Source: an uncultured Clostridium sp. (GTDB taxonomy: Bacteria > Bacillota > Clostridia > TANB77 > CAG-508). Taken from it: 64,000 nt of DNA. A program made the position numbers and the translations under genes. Positions 55,954 to 64,000 of this stretch are shown here, one piece after another. The DNA lies in the NCBI GenBank assembly GCA_900553365.1, contig USDL01000001.1:55967-119966 (forward strand), written 5' to 3'. The notes under the pieces are model-generated. The model had not been told where the DNA came from, did not search any database, and saw only the letters and a program-made list of their open reading frames with translations. Numbering within the stretch: position 1 is the first letter of the stretch; each line of letters starts with the position of its first letter.

Positions 55954-57406
55954 GTGGTCAGTTATATTAAGAGTTATTTAGTGTTTTTAGCTTTTTGCTA
56001 TTCATAATCTTTTAAAATTATTTCAGCATAATAATTATTATCTTTTAATAGCCAATTTATCTTGTCAATTATTTCTTGTTTTTCTGGAATAGAATGGTCT
56101 CCTTTTATTCTTAAGACTTTGTAACCCATTTTTTGAACTACTCTATCTCTTTTTATATCTTTCTACTGGTCTTGATGCCAATACCAACCATCATATTCCA
56201 AATCTATTTTAATATCTCCAATAAAAATAGCTACATCTAAATTGAGTTGACTTAAAGGGTAGTTCAACTCTACTTTATATTCATCTAAAAGCATTTCATA
56301 AATTTTTAATTGTTGTGAAGAACATGGAATTAATTCTTTTTTATTAGCTAATGCTTCTTGCATTCTTTTTCGCACTTCTGGATTTTGTACGGGATAATCA
56401 CAACCGTATTTTTCCCTGCAAGTGTTGATAGCTTTAGCCCTTACTTCTTTATTCGAAAAAGGATTTACATCTCCATATTTTTCTAAACAAGTTTTAACAG
56501 CTTTTTCTTTTGCTTCTTTTGTTAAAATTGGATATTCAACTCCATATTTTTTCAAACAAGTCTGTTTTGCTTTTTCTTGACCTTCCTTAATCTACCGAGA
56601 ATTATCCACCCCATATTTTTCATTTAAAGTCTTTTTAGATTTATCCTTAATTTCTTTACTTTTAGCAGGATTATCTACTCCATATTTTTCTAAATTTGTT
56701 TTTATAGACTTATTATTTCTTTGAGCTATTAGCTCTTTATTCTTTCCCCAACAATCTCTACAACAATATTTACCATCATGCTTTTCTATTCTTTTTAAAT
56801 ATTTTTTGTATTGAACCGTTATTTCTTTTCCACAAAAATCACAAACAGCCACAACTTCTCTATGGCTTCCTTCTGGTAATTCTTCTGGTTTAACATGAAT
56901 AGTCTTCCCTTTAAAAAGACTATAACCTTTTTCATTGAAATATTTCTAAGCGGTTTGTGTCCAAGGAATTTCAATCAATTGATTTTCTTTTAACATACAA
57001 ACCTCCTTTTTATTTTATTTAAACACTAAATTTTTCGAATCGTCAATTCGCTCTAACCCTTTCGGATTCTTGTATTTTCACACAAGCTTAGACTATATCT
57101 TCATCCCTATAGGATGTCCACCATTTCGGAATAATTTATTGACTATATTCCTACTCCTCTTACGAGGATAGTCGTTGAACCTTCTTCTTTTCGAAGCTTG
57201 GCTGCTGATTACCAATTTTTAAGATACTTAGGGTTTAACCTTATATCATACAATCAATTTTTTCTGCTTTCGCAACTATCACGATTAAATCTATTTCAAT
57301 TTTGCGTTGTAGTTTGATTGTCTTTACGGTATTCCAGCAATTAAATGGAAATATTTTTACGCATATTACTATACGCCCTAGCTATTTATAACGTGCTTAT
57401 ATTTAA
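55954..57406 (-). mobile_element. Group I intron (IA-like) in the major capsid gene, carrying a homing endonuclease ORF
   Basis: On the minus strand the conserved core reads GGTTCAACGACTATCC (R element, 57181-57166) and GAAGATATAGTC (S element, 57102-57091). GNRA/GAAA-capped hairpins include TCCTC-GTAA-GAGGA and AATCC-GAAA-GGGTT. The capsid codon style stops abruptly after ...GTTGACTGG. Exact splice sites are not resolved (roughly +/-20 nt). Confidence 0.8.
55974..56996 (-). CDS. Intron-encoded homing endonuclease (repeated KYG-x-xNP modules plus a C-terminal Vsr/PD-(D/E)xK-like nuclease)
   Basis: ATG 56994-56996 follows AAAGGAGG. Four tandem ..EKYGVDNP.. type repeats are followed by DLEYDGWYWH..KD.KRD...GYKVLRI. 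Four in-frame TAG codons. Stop is TAA at 55974-55976. Confidence 0.7.
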
Positions 57407-57901
57407 CCAGTCAACATAGAGAGAAATCTGCTCTCTCTTAGCAGAAATAGTATACTCAGTGTTAGAAGCAGTCTGAACACCACCACGAGCAATGCCTTCA
57501 GCAAGGCTATTCACAATGAAGAGCTCATTGCTATCGACTTCATACTTAGCAACATCACCGAAACCAACCTGAGTGACATCATAAAGCTGTTCATAACCAG
57601 ACGCAGCAACAGTAGGAACAACAGGAGTGATAGCACCAGCAAGAATGGTATCAAAAGTCTCAAGGAAGTTACTCTTCTTGTAGACCATAGGATTCTTAAT
57701 CATATCGAGACCGCTCCACTTCATGCCAGCGTTCTCAACACAATACTTCATAAACTCTTGGTTAAAGGTCTTATTAGCTTCAATATACTCAGGGGTGTTG
57801 TTCTTACCCTCAATGGACTTCTGAGCCAAAGAATAGCAAGTTTCAACGAGACCATCAGCGACATCTTCGTTGAATTTGTTATAACTAAAAATTTGTTTCA
57901 T
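57407..57901 (-). CDS. Major capsid protein, exon 1 (3' boundary approximate)
   Basis: ATG 57899-57901 follows AAGGAGGA. It lies after the protease/scaffold and decoration-like genes. Highly-expressed-type codon usage (AAG, CTT/CTC, ATT/ATC) ends near 57407. No TAG codons. Confidence 0.6.
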
Positions 57902-58009
57902 AATAACAAAATCCTCCTTAATTAATTTATAAAAATCATAAAGTAAATATCAATATTTTTTTAAACTATTCAAGTTATTCAAGAACAATTATTCAAGAAC
58001 AATTTAAAA

Positions 58010-58537
58010 TTACTCGTGGACAACGGTGCAATAGAACTTCTTACCCTCGTTCTTGACACCGATAATCTTATCCTTGCCAAACTCGACCTTAACACAGAGC
58101 TTGTCAGCAGCAGCAACAGCAGCAGGAGCCCACTGACCATCAGAACCAGCAACAGCGAACTGACCAGCCGTAGGAGCAGACTCAAAGTTATCTTCACCGA
58201 GATAGAACTCGTCACCAAGCTTGGGGCAACGAACGCGAGTATGAGCACCAGCAGGGCAAGGAAGACCGCAAGTCTTAACACCCTCACTGTAGACAACGCC
58301 CATGATTTCGCCCTTAGAAACGCCAACATAGTCAACGATACCGACACGACCAGTACCAGCGTAAGGCTTAATCTCACGAGTATTCATATCCTTCAGACCC
58401 TTATAAACCTCATGGTCGATAAGGTCGCCAATTTCAACCAAAGAACCATCAGCGAGTTCCTTGTCTTTGCAAACGCCAGAAACCAGATAGCTTTTAACAT
58501 CTTCAGAAGCCATCAAAATCTTCTCAATAAATTTCAT
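58010..58537 (-). CDS. Head auxiliary/decoration-like protein (175 aa), putative
   Basis: Intact ATG ORF with RBS AAGGAGGA and GC-ending codon bias like the capsid gene. It lies between the protease/scaffold and the capsid gene. No TAG codons. Confidence 0.4.
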   Translation of the reverse strand: MKFIEKILMASEDVKSYLVSGVCKDKELADGSLVEIGDLIDHEVYKGLKDMNTREIKPYAGTGRVGIVDYVGVSKGEIMGVVYSEGVKTCGLPCPAGAHTRVRCPKLGDEFYLGEDNFESAPTAGQFAVAGSDGQWAPAAVAAADKLCVKVEFGKDKIIGVKNEGKKFYCTVVHE

Positions 58538-58561
58538 AATAAAGTTATCCTCCTTTTTTAA

Positions 58562-60475
58562 TTAAATCTTATTAAGATTTTTCATTGCATTTTTAAGGTT
58601 ATTTGCGCTGTCGTTCACTTCAGTAACAACAGGTTTATCCTTAACGATATCAGCAGAGAACTCTTTCTCCTTAGCTTTTCTACTAAGTTTCTTCTGAGCA
58701 TAAAGAGCATCTGCAATTTTATGGTCAACAGCCTCATTAAGTTCCTCATCGGAAGCATAAGTACTGTTATCACAATTTTCTTTCATAAATGCCTTAATAT
58801 TAGTAGCATTTTCCTCAGTCAAATCTTCTTCAGAATCAACCAAAGAACAAGCCAAAGCATAAAGTTCGGCATTTTTCTTTGCGTTAAACTGAGCATTAAG
58901 AGCATTATACTTTTCAGTCAGTTCAGCGAAAGAGGTATTAAGAGTATTGAATCTCTCATAAAGTTCATCAGCAGTAAGTTGTTCATCACCGACAGCATAG
59001 TGGGTATCCTGAATAACATTACTTTCACCAGAAGGTTGGCCGACTAAAATACTGCCATCATCATGTTCTTTGAGGATATCAGTATCAACTTTAGGAGAAC
59101 CAAGCTCTTCACCTTCAATCTGTCCATAGTCAGCATGAGATTCATCGACAGTTACATCAGTAGCGGCAAACTGAGCGGGGTCTTCGCAATTTTCGATTTT
59201 CTTTTCACCATCGTTATCCTCAGCCTCGGTTTCCTTTTTGCCATCATCATCGTCGTTATCATCATTATCATCATCATGGTCGTGGTCATCATCATTTTTG
59301 TCATCTTCAGACTCATTCTCTTTATGACCGTCATCCTTATTACCATCGTCATCTTCATGCGCACAAGTGCAAGGGTTGTTACCGCAGACTTCGCACTTGC
59401 CGTCTTCAGATTCACATTCCTTGGATTCAGTCTCTTTACCACTCTCATCTTCAGGATTTTCATCCTTAGAGAGTACAATCTTTTCTTTAGCGTCCATATC
59501 AACATTAGCGACATTTTCTTCGTTGATGCTATAAGTAGCTTTAAAATTTTCATCATCAAGGCTAAAGCAAACAACATTGTCGTTAATTTCCGTGACACTG
59601 TAATGAGAAGCATTCTCATCAAGACCGCTATTCAGAAAAGATTCGAGAAGTTGTCTTTTCTCTTCATAGGTCATTGTTTTTGGTTCCTCCCCTCTTTGTT
59701 CATTATCCATCGTGATTTCGTCCACTTTTTCATTAACAACTCCGTTATCAGGAATAATGGAATCGAAATCCTCATTTTTATTATCTGTATCAGAGCCAGA
59801 ATTTTTATCTTTATTGTTATTATCTTCCAGCTCTTTATAAGCGAAAGATAAGCATTTTTCCTGTTTCTGATAAACAGCGTCATTAATTTTATCAAGAATG
59901 GTTAAATGTGCATTAGGGATAGCTTCAGTAACAGCAGAACCAAGAATAGTAAATCCATCAAAAATGAATCTATCTATTACTTCGACTTTATTTTCATCTA
60001 TATGACTTTCAAGGACTTCTATTTCTATAGAAATTTTCTTTTTAGTATCCTTAAGCAATCTTTTAACTTGTTTATAAGCATATTTAGCCCAAAGAACGCA
60101 AGTAAAATGTACCCAAGTTTGACCGTCATGTTCGACAATTTCAACCAAATCTTCGCCACGAATTACGCCAAGTGGGACTTCACATTTACCATTAGTAAAG
60201 TCAAAGTAATCTTGTTGTAACTCATTATCCCATCTATATTCCATTTCATGAGCTTTAAAGTCATCATGAGTAGTATCAAAAGCACCAAGAGCGGGTTTAT
60301 TATAAAAGGTAGGTTTAGCGTCTTGCATAGCAGACACAGGGAAATAGCTATTATTTCTATTAGGGTAGACATCAGAAATCGCGTAAACGTCGATAGCAAT
60401 AAAGTCATTTTTTAACACATTCTTAATTTTCAAACTTTGCGGAGAAAGTTCAAATTTCAGAACTTTTTTATCCAA
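58562..60475 (-). CDS. Prohead protease / scaffold fusion (putative) with an extreme acidic low-complexity linker
   Basis: The 637 aa ORF starts at TTG after GAAAGGAGGAAG. The N-terminal ~200 aa is globular, followed by a D/E/N/H-rich tract and then a coiled-coil C-terminus. It lies immediately upstream of the head genes. No TAG codons. Confidence 0.45.
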   Translation of the reverse strand: MDKKVLKFELSPQSLKIKNVLKNDFIAIDVYAISDVYPNRNNSYFPVSAMQDAKPTFYNKPALGAFDTTHDDFKAHEMEYRWDNELQQDYFDFTNGKCEVPLGVIRGEDLVEIVEHDGQTWVHFTCVLWAKYAYKQVKRLLKDTKKKISIEIEVLESHIDENKVEVIDRFIFDGFTILGSAVTEAIPNAHLTILDKINDAVYQKQEKCLSFAYKELEDNNNKDKNSGSDTDNKNEDFDSIIPDNGVVNEKVDEITMDNEQRGEEPKTMTYEEKRQLLESFLNSGLDENASHYSVTEINDNVVCFSLDDENFKATYSINEENVANVDMDAKEKIVLSKDENPEDESGKETESKECESEDGKCEVCGNNPCTCAHEDDDGNKDDGHKENESEDDKNDDDHDHDDDNDDNDDDDGKKETEAEDNDGEKKIENCEDPAQFAATDVTVDESHADYGQIEGEELGSPKVDTDILKEHDDGSILVGQPSGESNVIQDTHYAVGDEQLTADELYERFNTLNTSFAELTEKYNALNAQFNAKKNAELYALACSLVDSEEDLTEENATNIKAFMKENCDNSTYASDEELNEAVDHKIADALYAQKKLSRKAKEKEFSADIVKDKPVVTEVNDSANNLKNAMKNLNKI

Positions 60476-60497
60476 TATTTTTCTTCCTCCTTTCTCC

Positions 60498-60836
60498 TCA
60501 TGATGTAAACGACAATGACACAGAAGTCATAGCCATTACTTTGTTATTCCAAGCCTCGTTCTTCCGAACGTAGCAATTAGGAACAAGGTTAACTACATTA
60601 ATATAGTCCAATATATCATCTGATGGCTCAAACCATTCTCCATTATTTCTAATTTTATATTGCTAAAATTTAGAATGAAGGTTTTCCTCATCAGCCATAG
60701 TGCCTTTCATATATCCTAAGATATACAATTGCTTATCACTGCCAGTATTTAATTGTTTTAGTCTTTTCTGAACTGAATTTTTAGTATATCCTATTTTAAT
60801 ATTTTCCCCATTTGTTATAAAATAAACATAGCCCAT
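60498..60836 (-). CDS. T5orf172 / GIY-YIG-like domain protein (112 aa)
   Basis: MGYVYFITNGENIKIGYTKNSVQKRLKQLNTGS... matches the T5orf172-type N-terminus. It reads through TAG at 60663 to TGA 60498-60500. Confidence 0.6.
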
Positions 60837-60858
60837 TATATAGTTACCTATATATATT

Positions 60859-61371
60859 TCAGATTTTTGTAAATCCTTCAAAATTAGCGTCAAACAACTC
60901 TGGTGAAGTACTGTACAGTCTAGCTTTTTGTCTCCAAGTATCACACTGATGGAGCAAAGAACCAGCTACTTCAGCCATATTTTCCAGAACAATTACAAAA
61001 ACCTTACATGACTTGTTGTAATCTAAAAATTCAATAACATCAAGAATCTTCTTTTTAAGTCTTTCCATTTCTGTGTAGGCATCATTAAACAGCAATTCGA
61101 TATTATCATAAATATCCACATTAGCCTCAAGAGATTTACGAATAGGACGAACGCCTTCTTGAACCATTATTTCGCTTAACTTGTCAGCAAAAGTATCGCT
61201 TGGAAAAACGTGCGCGAACTTATGATGAAAAATTTCGCTAGCCTATGGGCAGTTCAATTCGCAATCAAGAGAATAAGCCATATTATCTGCAATAGAATTC
61301 ATCTAAAAGAAGCTTCTCAACAAATCATTTAAAGCTTCGACAATCTCTGGCGTATAGTTATTACTTACCAT
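60859..61371 (-). CDS. Hypothetical protein (170 aa)
   Basis: ORF 60859-61167 extends through two TAG codons to ATG 61369-61371 (RBS GAGAGGA). Stop is TGA. Confidence 0.45.
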
Positions 61372-61395
61372 ATTATTGTCCTCTCACTTTCCTTT

Positions 61396-61656
61396 TTATA
61401 GTTTCTCCATAATTCCTTTGACATCTTTTTTAATATCCTGAATATCAGATTTATTTTCCTCTATTTTCTGGAAAACAATTCCCATATTCTTTTCCAACTC
61501 GTAGGTACGAGTAATTAGATTATTGTGAGCATCTACTTTTCGTTGCAACTGCTCGATTTTATAATTGGTTAATTTATTGGTAGTAATGATACCACCAATA
61601 GTACCAACACAAGTTCCGATAAAGGAAATTATAGCAATTATAATTGTAGGGTCCAA
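61396..61656 (-). CDS. Small membrane protein with a coiled coil (holin/XhlA-like candidate)
   Basis: An N-terminal TM segment (IIIAIISFIGTCVGTIGGIITT) is followed by a heptad-rich helix. TTG start lies 8 nt after AAAGGAGG. Confidence 0.4.
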   Translation of the reverse strand: MDPTIIIAIISFIGTCVGTIGGIITTNKLTNYKIEQLQRKVDAHNNLITRTYELEKNMGIVFQKIEENKSDIQDIKKDVKGIMEKL

Positions 61657-61698
61657 TTTAATCGACCTCCTTTACGAAAGACTGAAAAAAGGGAACAA

Positions 61699-61929
61699 TC
61701 AAGCTTTCTCAATTATTAATTCTCCCTTTTCGTCTGTATTAAAGACGAAACATTTTTGACATTGCGAACAAATGTAAAACTATTTATCAGGAGAAACCAT
61801 TAATTTTTTCGTGCTTTTTTGCAACGTGGTATTAGAGTCTAAAGGATTATGATTACAACAAGGTTCAGAATTTGTATGGTCTTTTTTAATACACCACTTT
61901 TTTTCTTTAAATGTTTTAATCAAATTCAC
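61699..61929 (-). CDS. Small Cys-rich protein (76 aa)
   Basis: GTG start just after the portal TGA. One in-frame TAG. CxxC-type pairs are present (CCNH..., CSQCQKC). Stop is TGA. The start is tentative. Confidence 0.35.
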
Positions 61930-61933
61930 ACTT

Positions 61934-63829
61934 TCAATCCTTTACTTTCTTTGGAATCATGTGAGTAAAAGTACTCATATCATTAATACGAGACTCATAC
62001 ATTTCTTCCAAGCATTCGTTACAAATTACATCTTCATCTTCATTCAGTTCTTTTCCGCAAATTTGGCACTTTTTGATATTATATGAAAACTCCTTAATGT
62101 CTGAAACATTAGTTCCAGCATTGGAAGAGTTACCAGTATTATCGTTGGTAATCTCATCGTCATTCAACTTTGGTCTACCAACAGGGTTAGCGATTAAATT
62201 TTCTTGGTCTAATACTTTTTCAACTTTAATATCTAAAGCTTTAAGGTAAGCTTTAGCTTGTTGATAATCATCAACAGTCATACCATTAGCCGACAGAAGT
62301 TTAGGAATAAAGCCTTCCAAGCCAGACACAACTTGTTCTCTAAGGATTTTAATATCCTCGCGAATATTAAAGATATCACCCCAAAGAGAAATTTTCCATT
62401 GGAATTTCAAATCAAAATTCTTATTAATCATTTCATTTAAGAAACTTTCGTACTGTCTGGTAAGGTAATCAATTCTAGCAGCCTAAATATATTGAGCAGC
62501 CTTAACAGAAGCGATAGAAGGTTTATCAGTAATACTCATAAGAGCAGAATTACCAGAAGTAGCGATTAAATCTCTAGTTCTATCGTAAATGATATCCATT
62601 GCTTCGGGCTGATTTTCTAAGGTGTGTAAATCAAATTCAGTAAACGGTGCAAAAAAGGGGAGTATATTACCTGAAATATTCTCCGCAAAGAAATCCTGAT
62701 AACCAAGAATTGTATCAGGAGTAATAACAGTAGAATCGGACCGGGCCTTGGCATCCTTCGTAATAGGAACCTCAGCAGTTAAAACACTGTTAACACCCTT
62801 ACTTAATAAATTTGCTTGCAACCATTTATAGTCATCCAAGTCTGTCAAATCATCAAACAGACCAATAGTATCAGGAAATGCATTAGGATGAGAGCCATCA
62901 AAATAGAATGTATAGCACAAATCTTGAGGCAATCTTACCCAATACATATAATTTTCTCCATTACTTTCCAAGATGTGACCATCGGGAAGTTTAGCTTTAG
63001 GAGAAATTCTCTTTTTCTTAGTTTTCTAATCTATAACGACAACTCCTGTTTCCAGCATTTGATTCCAGACATCCTGAATAAATTGAGGATATTGACTAAC
63101 ATCATAAGCTGGTTGAAGGAAAATTGCCATATTAAAAGCAATAGTAAACTACTGTTTACTACCAAAACCAATCAATTTAACCATATCGGTATTAAGTTTC
63201 TACATGACAAAGAAATTAACATCATTCTTATCATAGCTTGTACGAGGTAAATAAGAAGATTTACCTTCCAAACTCACCTGAGTAGTAATAGTTTTTAAAG
63301 TTAAATTTGGTTTAAAAGCTTTTAAAATCTTATCGACTTTTTGACTTTCTTTTTTAAAAGCTTCGGTAGACATATCTTTCGAGTCAACATACTCTGGGAT
63401 ATAATAATAATTAAATAAGGGAGTATCTCTATTAAGTTTTACTAAAATATTGTAAACATAATTAGTATAATACAGCCACATACTGATTCTCTAAAAAGTC
63501 ATTTCAGAGTTTTCTGGATTGTTTAAAGCATTTTGAAGGTCTTCTGATTGAACTTTTTGAGCCTTAGCGTTAACTTGTTTAATACGTTGATTCTGTAAAA
63601 ACGGATTATTTAATTGACTCCAAGACATAGCCCAAGCGCCAGCCAAGTTGTCAAAACCAGTAGAAGCGTATTTACCAAAAATAGTAGCCCATCTTTGCTG
63701 AATAGCCTTCAATGAAACATCTTCTTCAGGTTTATCCTAAGTCATAGTAATCATTTTAGCTTCTTCATTTACAACAGCTTTAGGCGATTCAACCTTTTTA
63801 GGTCTTCCTCTTTTTTTGGGACTATCCAA
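61934..63829 (-). CDS. Portal protein (putative) with a C-terminal zinc ribbon
   Basis: Four ORF-track fragments are in the same frame and the gaps were checked. They join through six TAG codons. TTG 63827-63829 lies 8 nt after GGGAGG. The product is 631 aa and sits upstream of the protease and capsid genes. The C-terminus carries CQICGK..CNEC. Confidence 0.55.
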
Positions 63830-64000
63830 TATTATTTCCTCCCTTCTTATTAATATCTGTAGTCTTAACAGACTTTTTAGCTTTTTCTTGTTCAGCTAAA
63901 ATATGTTCGAAATTATCGAGAGCTTTCATAGTATCTCTCAATTTCTGTTGCTTTTCTATTTCATATCTTTGTTTTTCTATTGCAACTAAATTGTCTCTAC
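63798..64000 (-). CDS. 3' end of an upstream coiled-coil ORF (partial)
   Basis: Open frame ...RDNLVAIEKQRYEIEKQQKLRDTMKALDNFEHILAEQEKAKK... reads through one TAG to TAA 63798-63800 and overlaps the portal start. Confidence 0.4.

Noticed and set aside
61765-61800. A plus-strand TTGACA...TATTTA promoter-like pair.
   Set aside because: The spacer is about 19 nt, the -10 is poor, no plus-strand gene follows, and it lies inside a minus-strand small ORF.
1-64000. An alternative explanation for the fragmented ORFs: pseudogenisation, sequencing errors or TGA recoding.
   Set aside because: All interruptions are TAG, always in the same frame as the flanking fragments. There are no frameshifts apart from one homopolymer case. 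TGA is used as a genuine terminator directly before the next RBS or start at 6709, 19502, 43216, 48126, 60498, 60859, 61699 and 61934.
1-64000. A search for a suppressor tRNA (CUA anticodon), other tRNAs, rRNA, CRISPR repeats, reverse transcriptase/DGR or retron elements.
   Set aside because: I found no cloverleaf-compatible segment with a T-loop (GTTCGAATC-like) or a U-CUA-R anticodon loop in any intergenic gap. There were no tandem direct repeats with spacers and no RT motif. The suppressor, if phage-encoded, must lie outside this window.

Overview
This window is an AT-rich, tightly packed tailed-phage (siphovirus-like) genome segment. Essentially all genes lie on the minus strand and are transcribed from 64000 towards 1.

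Gene order along the minus strand:
- Head module: partial ORF, portal, small genes, prohead protease/scaffold, head proteins, and a major capsid gene split by a group I intron that carries a homing endonuclease.
- Connector and proximal tail genes, a free-standing LAGLIDADG endonuclease, and the major tail protein.
- A roughly 7 kb promoter/terminator-delimited accessory island: beta-CASP RNase, a structured non-coding island, ClpP-like protease, metallophosphoesterase, RecU-like resolvase, HNH endonuclease and tyrosine recombinase.
- Chaperone-like genes, one 12.9 kb tape-measure gene and four distal tail genes.
- Replication module: SSB, AAA ATPase, DnaB-like helicase, primase, RecJ-like protein, an intron-split DnaE and a RecD-like helicase.
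- An RNA-repair pair (Pnk-HD plus RNA ligase), dUTPase, a membrane protein and a DnaQ-like exonuclease.

The dominant signal is that TAG is read as a sense codon. I hand-counted about 130 in-frame TAG codons joining the fragments of the ORF track. Every gene model ends in TAA or TGA immediately before the next ribosome-binding site.

TAG is absent from the presumably most highly expressed head and tail genes. It is dense in the tape measure, the tail fibre-like gene and the homing endonucleases. In replication genes it is clustered in the first ~60 codons.

No tRNA (including a CUA suppressor), rRNA or CRISPR array was seen in this window. Product calls come from motifs read by eye. No database search was possible.
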